NCBI GenBank assembly: GCA_964019335.1
Contig: OZ025699.1
Location: forward strand, 62,001 to 126,000
DNA length: 64,000 nt
Source: Diplonema japonicum
Taxonomy: Eukaryota; Protista; Euglenozoa: Diplonemea
Direction of reading: 5' to 3'
Of the stretch, positions 54,822 through 64,000 are shown piece after piece. Each line of letters starts with the position of its first letter. Position 1 is the first letter of the stretch. The position numbers and the translations under genes are program-made. The notes beneath the pieces are model-generated. The model did no database searches and was not told the origin of the DNA. It was given only the letters and a program-made list of their open reading frames with translations.

Positions 54822-56626
54822 TTTTTTTTTTTTTTTTTTTTTCAAAATACCAATAGGTGCCACCATGGGGGAGCAACACCTGGGAAGGGGAAAGGTGAAG
54901 GGAAGCATGGAAATATTACAGGGAGGGCGAAGACCAGTTCTTCTGCAATCAGATGGAGCTGTGGACTCCGCCAACCCGTGCACCTGTTTGGAACAGCCGA
55001 AGAGGGCTGAATTACTTTAATTCCAAGCTGCGTAGACCTACGTGACTCGGACGGGGACCCCAGTTCGTCGTTTTTCTCAACTGGGACCTCTGGTGACCGG
55101 AACTGGCCCCGGTCGCCCCCTCGAGAGGAATTGCTCCATTGAGCAAAACATGAAAGAGTGAGAGTAAAATCTCTCTAAATCAAAAGGGGAAGCGAGTGTG
55201 CGTGTGCGCATGGGGATGATAGGGGAAGCATTTGCTCTCCCCGCTGCACTCCGGCAGGCGGGGGGAGGGGATGGCCGTACCACACTCGTTCGTGCGAAGA
55301 TGAGAGGACTCATCAGGGCAACTTCAGAGTAGGCCGGGCCATCCGTTTTTGACTACTATGTCAGGGCACACGATAACAAGAGGATGTTAATTTAAAATAA
55401 AAATTTAAAAGTTTAAAGGGGGACGGGCATACTGGTATGAGAAGGCCAGACGCCGGGTGATGATGATAACGTAAAGAAAAGGATGAGAGGAAGTGGAAGA
55501 GAAGGGAAGGGAACGTAAGCACTAAAAGTATTGAAAAGTTGATCTCACCCTACTCACTTCAGCGCAACACGGGGGCCGCAGGGCCGGCGTCAAGGGAGAC
55601 AGCGGGCGGGGGCGGGATGAGCGAAGGGGCAGCGGTACCTGCCGTTGCCGCAGACGGCGACGTGAAGACCCCGGATCTGGCCCAGTCAAGCAAGCCAGAG
55701 TCGGCGATGAGGGTGAATACCTGCGTCACGCGTTTTGACAGGCACTCCACCAGCGAGGGGCGTCCATTGGGAGCGTCGAGCGAACCCCGTCCAACCACAG
55801 CGCACCCCCCAACAACGTGCTCCCTGGACATCTTTGCTCCACACGCTGGACAGCTGAGCTCAGCCTTCTTCCTGTTCGGTCCAGCCGCCTGCAGGAAGCC
55901 AAAGAAGAGAGCGGAGTGCCCTACCCTCAGCCGCGAGATGACCGTCTCCGCTAGCCTGGGGAGGGACTGGGGGAAGCACGCCGCTCGGAGCCCCGTGGCC
56001 CTCGCGTATCTCGGGGCCACCTCCCCGACAATGACCGCAGACCTCTGCTGAATCTGGCGACGGACCAGGGCCCTGACCGACCTGTAGTCGAGAGAGGGGC
56101 GAGCCAGCTCGCGCTTCGTGCCCTCCCCGGCCAGCCTGTCTGCCGCCTCGTTGCCAGGAACCCCGCAGTGGGACGGCACAAACTGGAGAATGACTGGTGC
56201 ACCTTGCGCACGTGCCGCGGCCACCAGCAGTTCCCAGGTCTCGTGGTCGAGCCTCTCCCTCTGCCGTGAAGGACCTGCCCTCAGCTGATCAAGGAGAGAG
56301 AGCGAGTCGGTACAGATCGACAGCCGGCTGTCTGCCAACGTGGGGTGCTCGCTCCGGAGCGCGGCCACCATGTCCAGAGCCACCTTGACAGCCAGACCCT
56401 CCGCCCGAAAGGAAGAGCAGAAATTGCTGACGCCGAAGCTCTCGGACATGGGTTCGTGGGGGCGGGGGAGCTGCAAGAAGACCCCGGCACCCCCTCCACC
56501 TCTGGCGGTCCCGTACGACAGAACCGTCCGTATAGGCATGGATACCCGGTGGAAGGGCAGCCAGAGCCTCCACGGCCGCCTTCCGCTTATCCACGTCCGG
56601 CGACGAACGTGCTGACCTGCGAGGCA
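54822..56626 (-). mobile_element. 5'-truncated LINE subfamily A' (diverged from A), longer 3' UTR
   Basis: RNase H ORF 55559-56539 homologous to A, same C-terminus SLDAGPAAPVLR; same attggtattttg(A)n end. Confidence 0.9.
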
Positions 56627-56892
56627 ATAATAATAATAAATATTCCACTACCAGGCGGGAGGATCGATGGGGAGTAGAGAAAACCAATTCAAGGGAAAGG
56701 GGAAAGGGAAAAAAAGGGACTTCAAACCAAGAGAAAGTGTTGAAGTGAACGAAAAAGAAATTCGTGAAAAGCAGTCTCTGTTACTGAGCCATTGGTCGAG
56801 GGGCCCTGGTCCGCTGCTCCCTGTAGTTCGGGAGTAAAGGGAGTAAATTACTTGGACCCCCTCACCACGCTCTTTTCATTTTAAAATAAAAC
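56627..56892 (-). mobile_element. LINE family B 3' UTR fragment
   Basis: Matches 38652-38885. Confidence 0.88.
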
Positions 56893-59030
56893 CTCGCCCG
56901 AGTCTGAGACGGCGAAAATATCAGATAAGCACCTCTATGGCCTCTCGGTTGACTTCAAGAAATGCTTCGACTCGATCCCCCATGCGCTTACGTTCGATTT
57001 AGTGGAGCGTTTAGTCCTCAGCCAACTTATCCTGAGACCGATAAAATCCATCTACTCGGACCTAATTCGTCGTTTGCGTTTCCCTATGGGGGTGGGCGCA
57101 CCGTTCAGAACCACGAATGGAATTCTCCAGGGTTGTCCAATATCACCGGTCTTCATCAACGCGATCCTCGCTATATTCACCAAGAAGTGCACGGCGAACC
57201 ATAGAAACGCCCATCCTGTGTCGTATGCAGACGACCTAAACTTCACGTCAGCTACCTCGGAGGCCGCGGTGCAACGCTCCGTTAACCTGCTTGGCACCCT
57301 CTGCAAGCTCACAGGGATGGCTATCCACCCGAAGAAAACTAAGTCGTTTGGAACGAAGCCCAAGTACTGCGGCAACGTACAGCTACACGGGGAGACCTTC
57401 GACACGTCCTGCAAACTACAGATCCTAGGGGTACTGGTCTATTTCCAGCCTTGTAGAAGAGAGAACACGAGAGCCCGCAAGGCAATTGCAGAGATCGAGC
57501 GCCTCGCAGCAACGAGACTTTACTACAACCGCAAGGTACAGATCATCGCAGAGAACATCCTACCGTCCGCCTTTTACGGCGTTCTTTTCGACCCAATCCC
57601 AGACTCTTGGCTGGTGAAGATGAAGAAGCAGATCACGTCATGTATCTGGGGTGTAGGCAACCCGATGCGTTCCGCCAGTGCACTGCCAGGGATTGCCTAC
57701 AAGGACACACCCTAGACCCTTACTCTTCGGTGGTCTATAAAGCCATTTCAACCCTAGGTCGCCTATGCACACGACAGTCGAACAAGTCCCTATTCGTGTC
57801 GGGCTGGGAAACTTACAAGTACGCAAAGGAGCGAGACGGGACGCCGTCACTTTCGAAAGGACCATTTGGCAATGCAGAAATATGGCTGCGTGAAATCGGG
57901 ACGAGATGGAAGGACTTCGTAGAGGAGTTGCCACGGGGCATGCCACACCTGAAACACGAGGTCAGGGCGCGGTTGAAAGAAAAACTGCGGGGCGAGCTCG
58001 CCGAAGAGCGGAACACTTTCAAAGGAATCGAGACAGGAGTGGACGAGATGAAGACGAACGTCCTACACAACGAGGTGGCGATCACCAACCCGCAGAAAGC
58101 GAGGAGAATCCTCTGTGCCGTTACTGGCGCCATCCTTCCACTGCACCCTAGAGCCTACGGCGACATGGATGGCACGCGAACGAAATGCCTTGGGTGTGAC
58201 GCACCCTTCGACATTAGGGGCGGGACAAGCAACCTCCTGCAGCATACAATTTGGCACTGCCCGGCACACACCGGTTTTAGAACGGCCAACGCCGACCGCG
58301 AATGGCTGGTGCAAGAGCACATCAACTGGCCAATCTGCACCCGCGTACACGGCATCATTACCTCGGACTTGGACATCAGCCTATCGAGGGTCAAGGAGCT
58401 CCACCTGATGCTAGCAGAAGTGGCAGGCAAGCTCGAGAACTTACACGCCGACAAGCAGGTCAGGTACTCCAAACAGCATTTCTGGAATAGACCATTCCGA
58501 CCGGGGAACCTCTTAACCCCGAAACCTCTCCCTTGGTACCACGAGCATGGGCTGCAGAAGAAATACTTCCCAGGCCTAATCCCATTTGTCCTCAACTGGC
58601 TAAAATGGGGCGAGGACGGCGGGCAAGTTTTTAAGGCGGAACTGGCGGTCGACCTCATTGCAACGGAAAGGCTCCACATGGGTGGTGAAGACATAGCATG
58701 CTGGGCGAGAAAGCTCGGCAGGATTCTCAGCGTCTTAGAGAGGATCCATCTAAAAGGGACGGGGAATCATCTGATTCCGGCAGAAACTATGAAGTCAGTA
58801 CACTCACTACGCACCCTGGGCTCCACAGCCATGCCGTCACTGGCAACTCCACTCGTCCGATCTTCGCGTCCCCGGAGGTCACCCACTCGATCCTAGAGGA
58901 ACAAATGCGAACTCATTGCATCCTCAACAACTCGCTAGTCGGTTTCACGCCCAAGCTGCTGATGAGATACTACGACGGGCCTAAGGCACTACCACGACAG
59001 AAGGGATCAAACACTAGATGAGTTGATTGT
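56893..59030 (+). mobile_element. 5'-truncated non-LTR retrotransposon of another clade (RT plus zinc knuckle), frameshift near 57710
   Basis: DFKKCFDSIPH, GILQGCPISP, YADD; CLGC...HTIWHC. Confidence 0.8.
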
Positions 59031-59114
59031 CGTTAGGCGATCCTGTCACATACTGCAGGTTCCCTTCAAAGACACCTTTATTTTTTCGCTTCTCTATTCT
59101 AACTTAAAATCATT

Positions 59115-60045
59115 TCAGTTACCACCCATGTGACCCCCCCTACCCCCCCTGTCTCTATTGCAGAACTGGTGCTGGCACAACGGGGCCTGCAGAACAGGTG
59201 CTTGCAGTTTCTTGGCGGTTTTGTTCACCTCAGCGACCAACTCGTGCAGTTTAAAATTCTTAAAACTGAGGTCCACTTGCCCTTTTCCTTCACTGGTGTG
59301 GCGCTTAAACAGGATAAAGGCGTTGAGGGCGGATATATTTACTAGGTGGTGGAACACCTTCAGTATCCACTTCCTCCCACGAACGGTCCTGATACATCTA
59401 GCCTTTAGCGAGATCTACGCCGCCCATGATCTTGTTGTAAAGTAAGACCTGGGGTGGTGCGGGTACCTTCTTGGTTTGCCCATTCCTATCGCGTGTGCCC
59501 ATAGGCAAACCAATCGGCAAAGTGGATAACATTCTCACATCCTTTTTTGGGCCTGCCTGGGCCAACTTGTTTCCTCACTTGGGCTAGATCAGGCAGATTT
59601 CAGCGATTTCTTCGAACTGTTCCCACCACATGGAATCCCGATTCCCACAACTGCAGTACAAGGGGAACGCTCGTATAGAAGTTATCGATGCCGAGCCAGT
59701 AGCCTTTGTGACAGAGCTTTCCAACACTGATCGATTTTCCGGGGTGATAGTGTTGCAGCCAGGTAGGGACGATGGGGGAGAGCAGGAATCTTACTTTTCG
59801 CAACTTATCTGTTTCCTCACCCTCCCCAAAATGCAACAGCCTAAACGGTGCAAAGAGATTGTACAAACACCATTGAGATGAACATTTTGAAAACCCTTGA
59901 TGCACTCATGTGGGCAAAGCGGGTGATTTCGGGCCCGTTACGCCCCGCCACTTCTTACGCGTAACATGCGTATTCTCGGTCTCCCAGGGCATATTTTCAC
60001 TCTCCTCGTCACTGTTCAGACCACTTGCCTGTTTTGGAGTGTGGG
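59115..60045 (-). pseudogene. piggyBac transposase relic
   Basis: IDNFYTSVPL...GTVRRNR and FHHLVNISALNAFIL; nucleotide similarity to 28390-29610. Confidence 0.8.
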
Positions 60046-60057
60046 TAAAAGCAAAAG

Positions 60058-60129
60058 CACTCCCACTGGGGTTTGAACCCAGGCTGCTGGATTCAAAGTC
60101 CAGAGTGCTAACCACTACACCATAGGAGC
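60058..60129 (-). tRNA. tRNA-Gln(TTG)
   Basis: gctccta/tgggagt acceptor; ctgga-ctTTGaa-tccag; ggttcaaacc. Confidence 0.9.
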
Positions 60130-60134
60130 ATACA

Positions 60135-63100
60135 TTTTTTTTTTTTTTTTTTTTTTTTTTTCAAAATACCAATGCAGGGCCGCCATGGAGAGCAACACCT
60201 GAGAAAAGGGGAAAAAAAGGTGAAGGGAAACCATGGGGAAATAGGGAGGGCAAAGGACCAGGCTTCTGCAAGCAGGAGGAGCCCTGGTCCCCCACCAACC
60301 CGTGCTCTGCTTTGGGACAGCCGAAGAGGGCTGAATTACATTATTCCCTCAGTCAAGTGAGAGAAAAACGGGGGCCTACCTTCCAGCTGGATGTCCTTCT
60401 TTGGCTGGAACCTCCGGCGGAAAGCCCCCCAGGGAGGTATTGCTCCTATTGAGCGAATCATTGGTGAGTGTGAAATAAAAGGGGAAATGGGAAACAGTGA
60501 GAGGAAGGAGAAGGAAGGGAAAGGAAGGGAAGGGAAGGGAAAGGAAGGGAAGGGAAAGGAAAGTGGGAAACACAACATTCCATTTAACACACACACACGG
60601 GGCGATCCCTTAGCGCAGCACGGGGGCCGCGGGACCGGCGTCAAGAGAGACCGGAGGAGGAGGCGGCACGTTTGAAGGTGCAGTGACGTCTGTAGACGCC
60701 AGGGATGATGGCGAGGTGAACAGTCCGGAGCGTGACCAGGCGAGCAGGCCAGACTCAACAATGAGGTCGTAGATCTGGGTCACGCGTCTCGACAGGGAGA
60801 ACGCTAGGGAGGGAGTACCAGCAGGAGTGTCGATCGCCCCCCTCCCGATCACAGGGCACCCACCGACAACATGCTCCCTGGACATCGGTGCTGCGTGGCA
60901 GGCTGGGCACCGGAGCACACCCTTGTGCTTCCTGTTCGGGCCAGCAGTCTGCAGGAAGCCGAAGAAGAGAGCCGAGTGACCAATCCGCAGCCGCGAGATG
61001 ACCGTTTCAGCTTGTCTGGGGAAGCCAAGGGGGAAGTGCGCAGACCGAAGCTCGGTCGCCACCGCGTAGTTGTGGGCGAGGGATGTTATGAGCTCCGCGG
61101 ACCTCCGCACCACCCACCGTCGCACCAGGGCCCTCACTGATCGGTAGTCAAGGGAGGGCCTGTCCTGCTTCCGCTTCGTTCCCTCCCCGGCCAGAGCGTC
61201 AGCCTTCTCGTTCCCGTCCACCCCACAGTGGGAGGGCACAAACTGGAGGACCACCGGTGTCCCCTGCGTGCGCGCCGCGGACACCAGCCGGCTCCACGTC
61301 TGGTGGTCGAGCTTCTCCCTCTGTCGCGTTGGGCCAGCTCGCAGCTGCTCGACGAGGGAGAGGGAGTCGGTGCAGATCGACAGCGGGGACTTCGCCAGCG
61401 AAGGGTGTGTTTTTCGGAGGGTAGCCACCATATCCAGCGCCGTTTTCACAGCCATGCCCTCTGCCCGAAAAGATGAACAGAAGTCGTTGACGCCATGGCA
61501 CACAGACACAGGGGTCAGGGGGGGAGGCAGCTGCAGATAAACCCCAGAGCCACCTTTCGCCTTCTGTCCGACCTGTACAACCGAGCCATCCGTGTAGGCA
61601 TGGATGCCCGGGGGGAGAGCCGCAAGAGCAGCCTCGGCCGCCTTCCGCCTGTCCGCGTCTGGCGACGATCGCGTGACCCCGCCGGGGAGGTCAGTCCTGA
61701 AGTCGACCATGCCTGTCTGCCACGGGGCCGCCAGGGGCGTAGCCGACAGGTACTCGAAGTGCACCTTTGGTTCCAACCCGCATCGACGCAGTGCTTGGTA
61801 GCCAGAGCGCAGCCACCCACACCCCAGCCTGTTCGCCTGCTTCAGCTTGACCGTCTCCCTGTGAACCGGGGAAGACTGCCAGCAGAAGGCCTTCGCCGTC
61901 ATCGTCGCCGCAGCACCCTCAGCCATTCTTTCGAGGGGAAGCAGTCCTGCCTCAGCTAGGAGCTTGTACCCTCCGGAGCCACTCCAGCAGCCCGTGATCA
62001 GCACCGCCGCCTCCTGGTGAAGCCCAGCCAGGTCCTTCCTCCCGACATCATCGAGCCTGCTGTAGTAGACCCCCATGCAGTAGCGCAGCAGCGGGAGGAT
62101 GTACGTAACGTAGAGAGACCGCAGAGTGTCCCTCTTGCTGCCCCAGGACGTGCCGGACAAGAGCTTCAGCACCCTCAGCCTTTTGCTGGCCCGCCGTAGG
62201 ATGTCCTGTGCGTGTTCACCGAACGTGAGCCCAGAGTCCACCGTAACCCCAAGGTACCTCGCGTGTTCAGACAGAGGCAGGGGACGGGCCGCAACGTAGT
62301 CCACGTCGGGCCGTCGCACGGCTGCATGCATGTCCCGCACGCAGCGGATCCGCACACCACCCGCCTCCACAACCTGAAGGCCCGCCAGCTCCTGGTCCCC
62401 GGAGATCGTGCCATCGGCGTTCACCCCCAGGCCGAAGAGTGGGTTCTGGAAGGCACCTGGCTGAAGGGGGACTCGTGACGAAGTGAAGTAGACCCCGAGA
62501 CGTTTCTGGGGGGGGACGCAGACTGCCTGCGTCTTGGACGTGCTCAGCAGCATGTCACGCTCCCTGCACCAGTCCTCAACCGCATCCACCACTGCCTGCG
62601 CCTTCCGCTCCAGCCCAGCCACGTCCCCTTGTCCAGAGGAGATCACAACCGCCACGTCGTCGGCGTAGAGCACCGAGACGTCCGCCAGTCCCTCCAGTCT
62701 CCTGGCGAGTTCGTCGACGTAGATGGTGTACAGGATGGGACCCAAGACAGAGCCCTGGGGGACACCCCGTCTCACCTTCGTCGTCGACCCCCTCGACCGT
62801 CCAATCGTGACCGCAGCAGTACGGCCGCATAGAAAGGACCGCGTCCACTCCACGAAGGGTTCGGGGAGACCCTTCCCTCGCATCTTGTCCAGCAGGGCAC
62901 CATGGGGCACCAGGTCGAAGGCAGAAGAGAAGTCGAACAGCAGAGCGGCCGAGAGACGTCGATCGTCTTTGTTCCTCGACATGCACTCAGTGAGGGTTGC
63001 CACCTGCTCCTCCGTGGAGCGGCCGCGTCTGAAACCAGCCTGGCTGTCGTGGAGTCCCTCGACTCCCGTCCCGTCCGCGTCAAGAAGAAACGAGAGCCTC

Positions 63101-64000
63101 TCCTCGATCATCCTCTCCAGCAGCTTGCAGAGGCAGCTGGTCAGGCAGATCGGCCGGTAGGAAGCCAAGAGAGTCGCATCTTTTCCAGGTTTCGGTACCG
63201 GGACGATCACTCCCTTCTTCCAGGCACCGGGGACGACACCCATCAGCCAGGAGCGATTGAGGAGTAGAAGGAGGACACCGAGGGAGTCCGAGTTCAGGTG
63301 TAGGAGCATCTCCGAGAAGATTCCGTCTTCCCCGGCCGCGCTGCGCGTCTTCATCCTTCTCAGGCCGCGGGTGAGGTCGTCCACGGTGAACGCTTGACAC
63401 CCGAGTCTGCTTGCAGAAGGAGCGGCGTCCTTCGAGTTCCCGTCACCACGCCTGCCGTAGAGCTTAGCGAAGTGCGCCCCCAGCCGGTCGGCCTTCGCCT
63501 TGTCCGACACAAATCTTCCCTCGAGTACAGGAAGGTGTGTCTTTCGGTGCCTGCCGTCCAGCTTCTTCACCGCTCTGAACGCAGCCCCGAGGTCCTTGCT
63601 CCGGCTGAGGTCGGCCGCCATCCTTCCCCATGCCTCACGCTTCGTCTCGTCAAGGAGTCGGTTGACTTCCTTCACCTTCGCCCTGTACTCCTCCACCACC
63701 ACGTCCGCCTCTTGAAGCAGGAGTTCGCGCAGGGTGTTCCGCTCTTCGAAGGCGTCCTCGAGCTCAGCAGTCCACCAGGGGGTCGGGCCACGTCGCATCC
63801 CACAGAGGGGAATGTGGTCGTTCGCCGCAGTCAAAAGGGCTTGTGTAAACCCCTTCGTGACAGAGTCAATCGGAGCCGCCGTGTCAACACCAGCAAGCAG
63901 GCGGGCAACAGCAGCAGTGTAGTCATCCCATCTGGCTTTTTTGAAATTCCAGGTGGGGAAGGGGCGCTCCGAACGGTAGACGTCCTCAAGAGGCAGGTGA
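60135..64000 (-). mobile_element. LINE family A copy 3 (runs off window); ORF2 open from the window edge to 60610
   Basis: Near-identical to copy 1; poly(A) 60135-60161. Confidence 0.95.

Noticed and set aside
53554-55010. Long plus-strand ORFs (420 and 374 aa), and similar antisense ORFs at 3573, 4655 and 33397
   Set aside because: Shadow ORFs of repetitive or GC-rich coding sequence on the other strand
55268-55345. Hammerhead ribozyme (CUGAUGA on minus strand) in the A' 3' UTR
   Set aside because: gatgag pairs with the adjacent ctcatc, and there is no stem II-GAAA or cleavage-triplet arrangement

Overview
Repeat-dense eukaryotic (protist) DNA, most plausibly euglenozoan/diplonemid-like. 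This is inferred from intronless host genes that all lie on the minus strand, BspA-type LRR genes, and Ingi/L1Tc-, CRE/SLACS- and TATE/VIPER-like retroelements. 1-21 kb holds five host genes: two paralogous membrane proteins, a kinase-LRR, a single-pass Cys-rich protein and a Ubl-LRR. It also holds MITEs and a tyrosine-recombinase retroelement with split direct repeats. 21-30 kb holds a decayed CRE-like RT/RLE element and a piggyBac. 27-64 kb is a Pol III gene cluster (tRNA-Trp CCA, tRNA-Arg CCT, tRNA-Arg ACG plus a 5' half copy, tRNA-Gln TTG, and an unidentified 134-nt A/B-box RNA) overrun by APE-RT-RNase H non-LTR retrotransposons. Main observation: two divergent LINE families (A and B here) repeatedly place their poly(A) tail 1-5 nt upstream of, and co-oriented with, unrelated Pol III genes (7 junctions). 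They build polarised head-to-tail arrays that converge on a tRNA pair. This looks like a Pol III start-site-targeting non-LTR system. Associated features are 2A-like peptides, a possible UGA readthrough, a PDZ-like insertion in the RT, covarying UTR structures and 5' junctions fused to Pol III RNA ends. All calls are by eye; no searches were run.
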